Positions 9,722-18,593 of a stretch of DNA of 64,000 bases are shown here, piece by piece. Below the pieces are notes generated by a model that was not told the DNA's origin, did not search any database, and saw only the letters and a program-made list of their open reading frames with translations. The stretch spans positions 14,003-78,002 of the forward strand of contig JBDRGA010000016.1 in the NCBI GenBank assembly GCA_043818175.1. The letters are read 5' to 3'. The translations under genes and the position numbers were made by a program. Position 1 is the first letter of the stretch. Each line of letters begins with the position of its first letter. The stretch is from Candidatus Woesearchaeota archaeon. Lineage in GTDB: Archaea > Nanobdellota > Nanobdellia > Woesearchaeales > JBDRGA01.

Positions 9722-10102
9722 TTACCTCACGCTGAGTGCGGCGCTGCTCTTGGTTGCGCCCACTCCTGGTGCGTTATGTCTAACATGACTTCTCGTCAAG
9801 ACGAGTTCTCCAAAGTACAAGCCGAGCATGTCTTCAGTAATTGTAACGGGAACGAATATCTTGCCATTGTGAATGCTGACTGTCTTGCCAACCATGGACG
9901 GGAATACCAACATATCCCTGCGATGGGTTTTCGCTGAACCTTTCTGCTCTATTTTTGCCAGGAGCTTCTTGTGTTCAGCGGATAGGCCTCTTGCAATCTT
10001 CCTGCGTTGCCTTGAAGGATATAATTCTGCCAACTCTTTCATTGAGAGTGCCTGCAGCTCCTCGAGCGTCTTTCCTCTGTACGTGAATATTTTCTTTGCC
10101 AT
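9722..10102 (-). CDS. rps19: 30S ribosomal protein uS19
   Basis: 126 aa; S19 signature (GKTVSIHNGKIFVPVTITEDMLGLYFGEL). Confidence 0.9.
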   Translation of the reverse strand: MAKKIFTYRGKTLEELQALSMKELAELYPSRQRRKIARGLSAEHKKLLAKIEQKGSAKTHRRDMLVFPSMVGKTVSIHNGKIFVPVTITEDMLGLYFGELVLTRSHVRHNAPGVGATKSSAALSVR

Positions 10103-10104
10103 GG

Positions 10105-10806
10105 TTACTTCTTCCTTCCTGTTCTTCTAGGTCTAATCATACCAACATTGCGTCCTGGTGGTGCGTTCTTTGGCGCAGGTCTTGCCTTGCTCTTACGTGA
10201 GCTTCTCTTGTTACCCATTGGGTGAGCAACTGCATTCATCGCGCCTCCCGAAACGATTGGCCAGTACGTGTGCCTTGCTTTCATTCTGTGGAACTTGAAT
10301 CCTGCTTTGAGAAATGGTTTCTCTGTTCTGCCGCCTCCTGCCGCATCTCCAATCATTGCTTTGCAGTCTGGATTGAATGATTTCTGTTTCTTGCTCGGAA
10401 GCTTTACTACAACCTTGTCAGGACCTCGCAATACAATAGTCGCGGACATTCCCGATGCACGAACCAATTTTCCTCCGTCTCCCGGACTGACCTCGATGTT
10501 AAAAATAGAAGTGCCTTCCGGAATTTCCTTCAATGGAATGGAATTTCCTATCTTTAGAGGTGCGCCGCTGCCCACCTCAAATGTCTGACCTACTGTGGTG
10601 CCTGTAGTTGCGAGCACTGTTCCTATTGTTTTATCATCGTAAACTACTACTGCCAAAGGCGCTGTATGCGATGTTGACCTGATGAATCCATTTATTGTGT
10701 ATGACTTTGCTGATTTCAGGAATACCTTCTGCTTGGATGTAGACCTGGGTCTCTTGAACACACTTGAGCCCTTGCCTCTCCTTTGCTGAATAAGGTTCTT
10801 TCCCAT
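10105..10806 (-). CDS. rpl2: 50S ribosomal protein uL2
   Basis: 233 aa; L2 signature (GAMNAVAHPMGNKRSSRKSK, GGGRTEKP). Confidence 0.9.
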   Translation of the reverse strand: MGKNLIQQRRGKGSSVFKRPRSTSKQKVFLKSAKSYTINGFIRSTSHTAPLAVVVYDDKTIGTVLATTGTTVGQTFEVGSGAPLKIGNSIPLKEIPEGTSIFNIEVSPGDGGKLVRASGMSATIVLRGPDKVVVKLPSKKQKSFNPDCKAMIGDAAGGGRTEKPFLKAGFKFHRMKARHTYWPIVSGGAMNAVAHPMGNKRSSRKSKARPAPKNAPPGRNVGMIRPRRTGRKK

Positions 10807-10808
10807 TG

Positions 10809-11054
10809 TTACATCATCCCCAGCCTGCTCGCGATATCAATGGCTGGTGTTTCTGGACTGAATTTGACTATTGCCTTCTTCTGGCCCTTCCTGTCTATGA
10901 GTGTGTTTACTGAAATCACTTTGGCATCAAACATTTCTTCGACAACCTTTCTGATCTCTGGTTTCTTCGCTTTAAGGTCAACTACGAAAACTATCTTGTT
11001 CTCTGCTTCCATCAATCTTATTGCCTTTTCCGTGCTCACTGGATGCTTGATCAT
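10809..11054 (-). CDS. rpl23: 50S ribosomal protein uL23
   Basis: 81 aa; L23 fold (KIVFVVDLKAKKPEIRKVVEEMFDAKV). Confidence 0.85.
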   Translation of the reverse strand: MIKHPVSTEKAIRLMEAENKIVFVVDLKAKKPEIRKVVEEMFDAKVISVNTLIDRKGQKKAIVKFSPETPAIDIASRLGMM

Positions 11055-11992
11055 TTGCTAACCTTCTTCGTGGGTTTCTTAACTGCTTTCTTAACTGTTT
11101 TCTTAACTGGTGCTTTCTTCGTTCTTGATGCTGCTTTCCTCTTGGGTTCTGCAATCTTCTCTGTCCTTTGCTTTGCAGGCGGCACATTTAGGAATAGACC
11201 TTCCTCAATCAGCCTCTTGATTGCTGTTTCGGTGAATAATGTTATTCTTCCATGGTGTGTTCCTGGTGCGAGGAGTTCCGCATTCAAAGCATGCACGGCA
11301 ACACAGTCAACTCCTGGAATGTTATTCAATGCCTTCATGACTGGAGCTTCCTGTGCCGTTACAATCAGGATACTCTTGCCTATCTTATGCTGTCTTCCTC
11401 TTGTTCTAGCGCGTCCTGTTCTTCTCGTTGGCTTTTCGGTTCTTGCAAGCTCATCTGCAAACCCCAGGGCATCCAGCGTTTTCCACGCTTCTGCGGTCTT
11501 CTGAATGTTTTCAAATCCAGATTCGATTATGAATGGATATTCCTTTGGGGGTATGTGTCCCCTTGCTTTAACAACTTCAGGAATCAAAGTGGCACTCATT
11601 GCGCTTCTTATGGCAAGACGGTTCTCCTTCTTGTTGACTTTCTTATCCCAAATCTTTTCTGCCTTGGGAGGATGTGCTCTCCTTCCACCGACTGTTCCGG
11701 GAGCGAGGGCTCCAACCCAATTCATTCTTGTTCCTCTCCTTGACATGATTTTTCTAGGAACACGACTTATACCTATGCCGTACGCCCCTCTATAGTCTCT
11801 TCTTCTTCTTGAGAGCTTTGCGCTGACCTGTTGGCCCGCTTCCTTAAACGAACCATATGGTTGTCGTGCTCCTGCCTGAAGAGCCAAAACTGCTTTCTTG
11901 ATTATGTCCTCTCTGAGCGGCTCGCTGAACTGTATGGGCATCTCCTGTTGCCCTTTTGACGTGTTCTGCATTGACCGTATTGTGAGTTTCAT
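11051..11992 (-). CDS. rpl4: 50S ribosomal protein uL4 with a Lys-rich C-terminal tail
   Basis: 313 aa; archaeal L4/L1e core followed by a KKAPVKKTVKKAVKKPTKKVSK tail. Confidence 0.88.
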   Translation of the reverse strand: MKLTIRSMQNTSKGQQEMPIQFSEPLREDIIKKAVLALQAGARQPYGSFKEAGQQVSAKLSRRRRDYRGAYGIGISRVPRKIMSRRGTRMNWVGALAPGTVGGRRAHPPKAEKIWDKKVNKKENRLAIRSAMSATLIPEVVKARGHIPPKEYPFIIESGFENIQKTAEAWKTLDALGFADELARTEKPTRRTGRARTRGRQHKIGKSILIVTAQEAPVMKALNNIPGVDCVAVHALNAELLAPGTHHGRITLFTETAIKRLIEEGLFLNVPPAKQRTEKIAEPKRKAASRTKKAPVKKTVKKAVKKPTKKVSK

Positions 11993-12936
11993 CCTTGCTT
12001 GCTCCTCGTGCTTATTGAGTCAATGGTGTATTGTTCTGGTGCTTCAGTTGGTCTAAGGGCTTGCGCCATTATTACCATGCGTTTCTTTGGTCCTGGTATT
12101 GAGCCCTTGATGAGAACATAGGGGTTCTTTACCACACCATATCTTATGAAACCGCCCTTGGGCGTTACTTCTTCGCCTTTTGTACCAATTTTGAGAATGA
12201 GGTTGTTGTATTGTGTTCTTTGATGGTAACCCATCTGGCCTGCATGCGCTACCCTGTACATCATGTGGGCCTGGCCATACCAAGCACCCAAGCTTCCGGG
12301 CCCTCTCTTGGTTTTCTCGCTCTTGTGGTGTCTGATGCTTACTCCAAATCTTTTTACCGGACCTTGGAATCCCCTTCCTGTTGTTATTGCATGGAAGTCA
12401 ACAAGTGAACTTTCCTTAAGAGCATCCTGAACTGTTATTTCCTGATGCTCCTGGGCGTACTTAATCTTCTCTTCCATGCTTCCACCCATCGGAATTTCGA
12501 AGAGCTCCGGCTTCTTCTTGATGCCAGCAAGAGCAGGTTGAGTATGAATTATTAGAACAACATCCTCGTATTCAGCAGCATTAACCTTTGAAAGGTCTCC
12601 TTTCTGCTTAAGATTTACTTTTCTTAGAACGTCTTTGGATGGTTTGAAATGAATGTCGAGAGAAGGAATGGAATTTTTGTAGAAACGGACGCCCGCGACC
12701 TTGAGCGGCGGACATTCAATGACCGTCACAGGGATTGCGAGCGTTTCGCCCTTCATTGGACTATTTTTTCTTCCATCGGTTGCCATGACATGGGTCATGC
12801 CTGCCTTATAGCCAGGAAAACCAGCAGGGCCTGGATTCTTTGTGTTCCATGTTCTGACGCGAGCATAGCTTCTCCTGGCACGTACTCGAGGCCATACTTG
12901 CATGCTTCCGTGTCTTGGTTGTGCTGGTTTCGGCAT
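11989..12936 (-). CDS. rpl3: 50S ribosomal protein uL3 (first gene of the r-protein operon)
   Basis: 315 aa; archaeal L3 N-terminus (PRHGSMQVWPRVRARR...) and conserved core. Confidence 0.9.
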   Translation of the reverse strand: MPKPAQPRHGSMQVWPRVRARRSYARVRTWNTKNPGPAGFPGYKAGMTHVMATDGRKNSPMKGETLAIPVTVIECPPLKVAGVRFYKNSIPSLDIHFKPSKDVLRKVNLKQKGDLSKVNAAEYEDVVLIIHTQPALAGIKKKPELFEIPMGGSMEEKIKYAQEHQEITVQDALKESSLVDFHAITTGRGFQGPVKRFGVSIRHHKSEKTKRGPGSLGAWYGQAHMMYRVAHAGQMGYHQRTQYNNLILKIGTKGEEVTPKGGFIRYGVVKNPYVLIKGSIPGPKKRMVIMAQALRPTEAPEQYTIDSISTRSKQG

Positions 12937-13056
12937 CTTCTTGAAAGCCAGGGGAACTCGACAGAAAGGTCTCTCTTGAGAGTGACCAGCAACCGTCTCG
13001 CGCCGGGCTCGGGTTCAACTTTGCGTAAGTTGAGTGTTCCCGGAATTCACGAGGGC

Positions 13057-13064
13057 TTTATAAA
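13057..13064 (-). promoter_or_regulatory. Candidate TATA-like element (TTTATAAA) about 120 bp upstream of rpl3
   Basis: The only strong A/T-box in the 230-bp gap upstream of the operon's first gene. Its distance from the start codon implies a long leader, so this is uncertain. Confidence 0.25.
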
Positions 13065-13215
13065 GATTTGGGAATGGGTGTGGGTGACCGCACGAGTAAT
13101 AGAAAAGGGTAGGTAGCCCCGCTCGGACACTGAGGGTGGTTTGGTCTGAAGAGGACTCTATGTTGTTTTGCGCTATTATCCCTTATTTAAATTAGTTTGT
13201 ATTCTAACACAAACG

Positions 13216-13225
13216 TTTATAAATA
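13216..13225 (+). promoter_or_regulatory. TATA box (TTTATAAATA) for the downstream ATPase gene; leaderless-type spacing
   Basis: A canonical archaeal TATA lies ~22-30 bp upstream of the ATG at 13246. Purines precede it, consistent with a BRE. Confidence 0.45.
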
Positions 13226-13245
13226 GTAATGGCTTCTGCTCATTC

Positions 13246-14367
13246 ATGAGGGAAGAAATCGAAGCAGTAGCTCAAACAAAGTTTGCGAATGTGGGTGTGT
13301 TCCGTAAGAAGTACATCTCGAAGATTGAGGTGTGGTTGGAGAGACCTGAAATTATCATAGTCAAGGGGGTGCGTCGCGCAGGCAAGTCTACTATTCTAAG
13401 GCAGGTTGCTTCTAAGTTGGAAGGAAAGGCTGTTTATGTGAATTTTGATGATTATCGCTTGTTGCCTCATCTAGGATTGGAACTTCTTGAAACGGTAGTC
13501 GAGAAATTTCCCAATGCACAATATTATTTCTTTGATGAGATTCAGAAGGTTCCTGGTTTTGAAAGTTGGCTGCGAACATATTATGACATTAAAGTTCACA
13601 AGAAGTTCATTATCAGTGGTTCAAATATTTCGCTGCTTTCTCCAAAGCTTGGTACTGTTCTTACAGGTAGGAACATTACTTTTGAGATATTTCCTTTGGA
13701 TTATGCCGAGTTTCAAGCATTTGGCAAAGGATCGTTTGATGATTATCTTGAGTTTGGAGGGTTCCCAGAAGTTGTTCTCGAATCCGATGAAGGAAAGAAG
13801 AGACAGTTGTTGAGTCAGTACTTCAACGATATTCTGCTTAGAGATATCTTAGAAAAACAAGGTATTGCACCCACGCAACAATTCAAGGCGGTTGCACAAT
13901 ATGTAATATCTAATACGGGGTTGAAGGTTAGTGCTAACAAGCTCGCCAAGGAGTTGGGGGTAAACAGCAGGACGGCCGAGGCCTACTTGTCTCACATGGT
14001 GGATGCCTACTTGATTTTTGAAGTGCCTTTCTTTTCTTATTCCACGAAAACAAAGTATGTTGCAGGAAGGTCTTCAAAATACTATGCTATTGATAACGGT
14101 CTTACTACGGCGCTTTCTTCGAAGAAGAACAGAGGACATTTGTTCGAGGCGCTTGTTGCCCAGGCTTTGCGGAGGAAAGGACCTGATTTGTATCATTGGA
14201 TTGGAAAGAAGGAAGTGGACTTTATACAAAAGAACATAGCTTACCAGGTTTCTTTTGCAAAAGTCGAAGAAGACACGTTTGTTGAGCTAAAAAAGGAATT
14301 CAAGCACATAGAAACAACCAAGACAATTACCCCCGGAAACTTTGAAGAAGAATTAAAAGAACATTAG
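13246..14367 (+). CDS. AAA-type ATPase of the archaeal COG1373 / DUF4143-containing family
   Basis: Walker A GVRRAGKST and Walker B-like YYFFDEIQ motifs, followed by a C-terminal DUF4143-like region. The track ORF starts at 13168; I used the ATG at 13246, which has a TATA box upstream. Confidence 0.7.
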   Translation: MREEIEAVAQTKFANVGVFRKKYISKIEVWLERPEIIIVKGVRRAGKSTILRQVASKLEGKAVYVNFDDYRLLPHLGLELLETVVEKFPNAQYYFFDEIQKVPGFESWLRTYYDIKVHKKFIISGSNISLLSPKLGTVLTGRNITFEIFPLDYAEFQAFGKGSFDDYLEFGGFPEVVLESDEGKKRQLLSQYFNDILLRDILEKQGIAPTQQFKAVAQYVISNTGLKVSANKLAKELGVNSRTAEAYLSHMVDAYLIFEVPFFSYSTKTKYVAGRSSKYYAIDNGLTTALSSKKNRGHLFEALVAQALRRKGPDLYHWIGKKEVDFIQKNIAYQVSFAKVEEDTFVELKKEFKHIETTKTITPGNFEEELKEH

Positions 14368-14446
14368 GCAAGTATGGTTGGGTGCTCAATTGGTTTGGTA
14401 TGGAAATGATTTCAAGTACCTTGAATTGGGTGTAGCCCCACCCAAA

Positions 14447-15301
14447 CTACACAGGCTCACAATAGAACGCTTCGAACGTTTTGAAGCTCGCGCCCCTGTC
14501 GTCCATCGCGGTCATCGTGAACCTGTATGCTATTGTGTTCTCCCGCTCAGGCAGGTAGTTCCACGCGTAGAAAGTGTGCGTTCCCCTTGTGCAGTTTATC
14601 GCAAGAAGGTTCCTGCAGGTTGGCACGTCCTGGCAGGTTATGCTCTTCCAATCTGCCCAAGTAGCATAATCAAGAATCTTAAGTTTGGCGTCTTCTTTCC
14701 TGGAATTTACCAGACTAAGATAATAGTCGGGCATCTCATAAACGTTGCTTCTCAGATTGTTCACAGTATACTCAATACTGCCATCGAAGTATTGATTACG
14801 TAAGAGCCAGAACGGGTCTTCGATTGGGTTGTTTGGATTTCCTTCACGCCAGTAATATCCAACTTTTCCTTGGGTGTATAGTACCTTGCGATATGTTACT
14901 CCTCTGAACGCGGGATTAACCACAGCCATTGCCTGCACAATTTCTGTTTGGGTCCATCCTGTTATGTCAACATAAATCGGGTCTTCTGTTGGTATTGGCT
15001 CCTCTGGTGGTTTTTCTGCTGGCCTTGAAGGAACGTCTGGCATTGTTGTTGTATTATTGTCTGTGCTGTTCCTTCTCTGCGGGCAATCTGCCAATTTGAG
15101 AACCTTCGTTCCATCAGGACAAACATACTCAGTGGGAGGAACTACTTCTGCAGTAGTATTATTCGGGGTGAACATGGCAAAAACTCTGCCTTTGAATACG
15201 ACGAATAGAACAACGAGGATTAACACACCTAGAAATGTAAATAGAACTTTCTTATTGAGTATCGGCTTGAGAAGAACCTTTAGGATTGCGCCCAGTATCA
15301 T
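14447..15301 (-). CDS. Hypothetical membrane-anchored/secreted protein (N-terminal TM, Cys- and Trp/Tyr-rich ectodomain)
   Basis: 284 aa; N-terminal hydrophobic helix followed by a Pro/Thr-rich linker; I recognise no domain. Confidence 0.45.
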   Translation of the reverse strand: MILGAILKVLLKPILNKKVLFTFLGVLILVVLFVVFKGRVFAMFTPNNTTAEVVPPTEYVCPDGTKVLKLADCPQRRNSTDNNTTTMPDVPSRPAEKPPEEPIPTEDPIYVDITGWTQTEIVQAMAVVNPAFRGVTYRKVLYTQGKVGYYWREGNPNNPIEDPFWLLRNQYFDGSIEYTVNNLRSNVYEMPDYYLSLVNSRKEDAKLKILDYATWADWKSITCQDVPTCRNLLAINCTRGTHTFYAWNYLPERENTIAYRFTMTAMDDRGASFKTFEAFYCEPV

Positions 15302-16637
15302 GCTTCTTAACCTTGATTGGTGCTTTTAAAGGTTTCTGGGTGTTCAGGTATCTCGCTCTTCTTTTTGCGTACTGCAGTGGGTTCTTCACTCCTTTATGTC
15401 CTGGAGCGTCCTTACAATGTTGCATCGCGCCATAATACAATTGGTTGTCGCAGTTTGGAGGTAGTACTTTCTCCTTCCTTGCAAGATGATACCTTAGGTG
15501 GCCTGTAAGAATAGTTTCTCGCAATGGTTCTGGATTGCGCTTGTTCCATGCTCTTAATTCCTCTTCAATTCTATCGTTGGGCCAATTACAACATTTGAGG
15601 AAATTTATCAGAACGAACAGTGCTCTTTTCTTACCATCTTCCATTCCTTCCAGCATCGTCTTTATGCAGTCGGGAAAGCAGTGTACTGGAATCATTTCTG
15701 TAAAGTCCTCGTGAAAGACCTGTTTTGTCTCGAACTCTTCTTTTGGAAGTTCGGGCGCGAAATCATATGATTGCATTACGAGCAAAGATGCTTCTCCTTT
15801 CGTAACGTTCCTTGATAAGAAATCCGCATTGAATTTTACTTTGTCTGGTTCGGCCATTGCACGTTCGAACTTTAATACGTCTTCTGGATTTATCGGGACT
15901 GAAATCAGCTCGGACTTCTCGTGAAAGCTGTAAGGCATTCTGTAAAGATGTCTGCTCGATAGAAGAATTGTGTCTATGTCGAGGAAGGCTTCTGCATTAA
16001 GCTTGGGAACTTTTCTGCCATTTGAGTCAACGTATCTCGTTATTGCTTGGGCACTCATGTTGACGCGTTCCTTAACGGCATCGAAGCTTTCCCCTTCCAA
16101 TTTGAGAATTGCGTCGCTCACCGGCTCCTTTATCATGTGTTTTATGTACGTCGCGATTCTCTTGGGCGCTTCAGGAAACGATTCATTTGTGGGTTGACCA
16201 TTGATTGTTTCGGGAAACGATTCAAAAGGAACGCCTATGTGAAAACCTTTATTGCCGGAGAACTTGCAACTTATTCCTTTGATGCCATGGTGCTTTAGTG
16301 CTTCAATTGTGTAATGCGCAGCTATTCTTGAGTACTCAAAAAGATGACAATCAATATCCAGAACTAAATCCCAGCCTGCACGTAGTTCATCCAATTGAGA
16401 ACGGGACATCCCTGGAGTAATCTGCATTGGGTTAGTCCATATCTCTTCGCTGGCGTGAAAGCTTGTTGCTTTGTTCTTTGCGTGCTCAAGAACATCGTTT
16501 GGGTACATTAATACGTCCGGCCTCTTTCCAAAACTGTCTCCAAAACGAACACCAACCTCTTTACTCCTGGCTTGCACAACCATCGCCTGCTGTACTTCCG
16601 GCTTCTTGTACCATGAAAGGGTTTTTGCTATGAACAT
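15252..16637 (-). CDS. priS: Single-chain DNA primase: PriS catalytic domain fused to a PriL-CTD-like Fe-S domain
   Basis: PriS catalytic motifs are LVLDIDCHL (DxD), KFSGNKGFHIGVPF and YRMPYSFHEKSELISVPI. The C-terminal ~170 aa carries FPDCIKTMLEGMEDGKKRALFVLINFL..W, which matches the PPCMxxL...RxxxxLFL motif of the PriL C-terminal domain, and has multiple Cys. Confidence 0.7.
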   Translation of the reverse strand: MFIAKTLSWYKKPEVQQAMVVQARSKEVGVRFGDSFGKRPDVLMYPNDVLEHAKNKATSFHASEEIWTNPMQITPGMSRSQLDELRAGWDLVLDIDCHLFEYSRIAAHYTIEALKHHGIKGISCKFSGNKGFHIGVPFESFPETINGQPTNESFPEAPKRIATYIKHMIKEPVSDAILKLEGESFDAVKERVNMSAQAITRYVDSNGRKVPKLNAEAFLDIDTILLSSRHLYRMPYSFHEKSELISVPINPEDVLKFERAMAEPDKVKFNADFLSRNVTKGEASLLVMQSYDFAPELPKEEFETKQVFHEDFTEMIPVHCFPDCIKTMLEGMEDGKKRALFVLINFLKCCNWPNDRIEEELRAWNKRNPEPLRETILTGHLRYHLARKEKVLPPNCDNQLYYGAMQHCKDAPGHKGVKNPLQYAKRRARYLNTQKPLKAPIKVKKHDTGRNPKGSSQADTQ

Positions 16638-16712
16638 ACAATTGAAGACTTCTTCAGATTATATAATCGTTATGGCGAAAATTGTAAAAACACAGCACGA
16701 TTCCCCTTAGAA

Positions 16713-17075
16713 ATGGAACGCGCACCCGTGACGGACCTCACCCTTGCTCTTCTTAGTCAAGGATACAACTGGTACCTTCCTGAAGGCACGCAAGGTCAAC
16801 CCGCAATACTATCGAAATCCACAAATAAACGTGGAGTGTACCTCATGATGAGCCCAAATGATGGCACGTCAATCATGCAAATCGGATTTTGGGATGCTGA
16901 ACCAAAAACAGATGTTATTCAATTTGGTAATATGCTTCTTGTGCACGTACCTGTGCACGGCACGGACGGGACGTACAGCGGATTGGCGGCGGCAGTTGCC
17001 GAAGCGGATACCATTTGCACTGACAAATCAGACGCCGATGCTCTGACAACAGCCCTGCGTGCATTCAAAATATAA
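16713..17075 (+). CDS. Hypothetical small protein
   Basis: 120-aa ORF in an otherwise empty intergenic slot; no recognisable motifs. Confidence 0.3.
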   Translation: MERAPVTDLTLALLSQGYNWYLPEGTQGQPAILSKSTNKRGVYLMMSPNDGTSIMQIGFWDAEPKTDVIQFGNMLLVHVPVHGTDGTYSGLAAAVAEADTICTDKSDADALTTALRAFKI

Positions 17076-17984
17076 CTACATACCTTCCAATCGCTTGATT
17101 CTCTCGTCTATTGGCGGGTGTGTGCTGAACAAACCAGACATGAATGCCTTTGAGTTTCTCAACGGGTTTTCGATGTAGAGGTGCGCGGTTGCTCTGTTTG
17201 CAGTATCAACAACTTTATCGTGGTCGTCACGAATCTTCTTTAAAGCGCTGGAAAGACCCGCAGGATAACGAGTCAATTGTGCTCCTGTAGCATCTGCCAA
17301 GTACTCTCGTTTTCTCGAGACTGCCAGCTTGATCATTTGCGCGAAAATGGGTGCGAGTATCGCCAACGCGATTGCAACAAGAATCAGAACGATACCAAGG
17401 CCGCCAGAATCCTTTCCTCCGCTTCTTCTGCCCCCTCCAAAAAGAAAGCTTCTCAACATTATATCAGCAAGGATAACAACACTGCCTGCGAGTATTGCTG
17501 CCAGCATCATGACTCGTATGTCATAATTCTTAACATGACTTAGTTCGTGCGCAATTACCCCCTCAAATTCTTGCCTGTTCAATCTTTTTCTGCAACCAGA
17601 AGTAACGCAAACAACTGCGTGCTTGGGGTCTCTTCCTGAAGCAAAAGCATTGATGCTTTCTTCTTGAATCATGTATAGTTTGGGCATGGGAAGTCCTGCA
17701 GCAATGCACAATCCTTCAACAGTATTGTAGTAGAAAATGTCATCTTTCTTTTCTATTGGCTTGGCACCATTCAAAGATAAAACAGCATTCTGACCTGAAT
17801 AGAATCCTATCAGACTCATAATTACAGCCACTGCAAACGCAATTATTATACCAAATATTGGAGCTCCAAAAATATATCCAAGAAAATAACCCATTACTAA
17901 TAGGAGGGCGCTGAACATGACCAAGAGCATGAAGCTCCTGGTCTTGTTGCTCGACACTTCTTTGTAGAAGTTTGTCGTGGCCAT
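17076..17984 (-). CDS. htpX: Zinc metalloprotease HtpX (M48 family)
   Basis: HELSHV HExxH motif, N-terminal TM helices and a conserved C-terminal ENPL...THPP region. Confidence 0.85.
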   Translation of the reverse strand: MATTNFYKEVSSNKTRSFMLLVMFSALLLVMGYFLGYIFGAPIFGIIIAFAVAVIMSLIGFYSGQNAVLSLNGAKPIEKKDDIFYYNTVEGLCIAAGLPMPKLYMIQEESINAFASGRDPKHAVVCVTSGCRKRLNRQEFEGVIAHELSHVKNYDIRVMMLAAILAGSVVILADIMLRSFLFGGGRRSGGKDSGGLGIVLILVAIALAILAPIFAQMIKLAVSRKREYLADATGAQLTRYPAGLSSALKKIRDDHDKVVDTANRATAHLYIENPLRNSKAFMSGLFSTHPPIDERIKRLEGM

Positions 17985-17986
17985 GC

Positions 17987-18541
17987 CTAGAATTCTACTT
18001 TCACGTTCTTCCTTTCAGATTCCTCTGTTTTGAAGAACTCCATTTGGACGAAGTGGAACATTCCCGCTATTATGTTTGAGGGGAATGATTCTACCAGCGT
18101 GTTCATGACAAGCACGGAATCGTTGTAAAATTGTCTTGCGTATGCTATCTTGCTTTCTGTGCCTGACAATTCTTCCTGTAGCTGCATGAAGTTCTCATTT
18201 GCTTTTAGTTGAGGATAGTTCTCAGATACGGCAAACAAGGATTTCAGCGCTCCTGATAACATGTTGTCTCCCTTTGCCATTGCTGCTGGCGTTTTCGCGG
18301 ACATTATAGCTGCACGTGCATTCGTGACTTCAGTCAACACACCTTTTTCGTGCTTCATGTATCCCTTTACTGCATTTACCAGGTTGGGAATAAGGTCGTT
18401 TCTTCTCTTAAGCTGGACGTCAATTTGACTCCAGGCATTCTTTGCTCTGTTCTTCGTGACGATAAATTTGTTGTATGCTGCAATCAACCATATCACTATA
18501 ATTGCCAAAACTATTATTACAATCCAAAGTATGATGCTCAT
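17987..18541 (-). CDS. lemA: LemA family protein
   Basis: 184 aa with an N-terminal TM; LemA motifs (YNKFIVTKNRAKNAWSQIDVQLKRRNDLIPNLV). Its pairing with HtpX is a well-known gene couple. Confidence 0.8.
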   Translation of the reverse strand: MSIILWIVIIVLAIIVIWLIAAYNKFIVTKNRAKNAWSQIDVQLKRRNDLIPNLVNAVKGYMKHEKGVLTEVTNARAAIMSAKTPAAMAKGDNMLSGALKSLFAVSENYPQLKANENFMQLQEELSGTESKIAYARQFYNDSVLVMNTLVESFPSNIIAGMFHFVQMEFFKTEESERKNVKVEF

Positions 18542-18593
18542 TTTTTAGGTCACCCCATCTTGATATGAAGTTTCGATTTATATGCGTGTTGGT

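Noticed and set aside
1101-12408. Numerous 60-160-aa ORFs on the opposite strand, or in alternative frames, of the ribosomal-protein genes (e.g. 1101-1466, 3593-3827, 3844-4266, 9016-9394, 11043-11504, 11252-11743)
   Set aside because: Each is fully contained within, or antisense to, a ribosomal-protein gene with unambiguous homology. The translations are Ser/Leu/Phe-rich, which is typical of antisense reading of Lys/Glu-rich genes.
12990-13012. tRNA T-arm-like GGGTTCAAC sequence upstream of rpl3
   Set aside because: There is no matching acceptor stem, D-arm or anticodon arm around it; an isolated T-loop-like motif is not enough for a tRNA call. No convincing tRNA was found anywhere in the window.
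12649-13116. 155-aa plus-strand ORF spanning the rpl3 start and the upstream gap
   Set aside because: It overlaps the 5' end of rpl3 antisense and continues through the promoter region. It has no motif and is most likely spurious.
16703-16722. ORB-like fragment GTTCCATTTCTAAGGGG (minus orientation) overlapping the start of the 120-aa ORF at 16713
   Set aside because: It lacks the central GGAAA half-site present in the three genuine boxes, and it is a single isolated copy; probably chance similarity.
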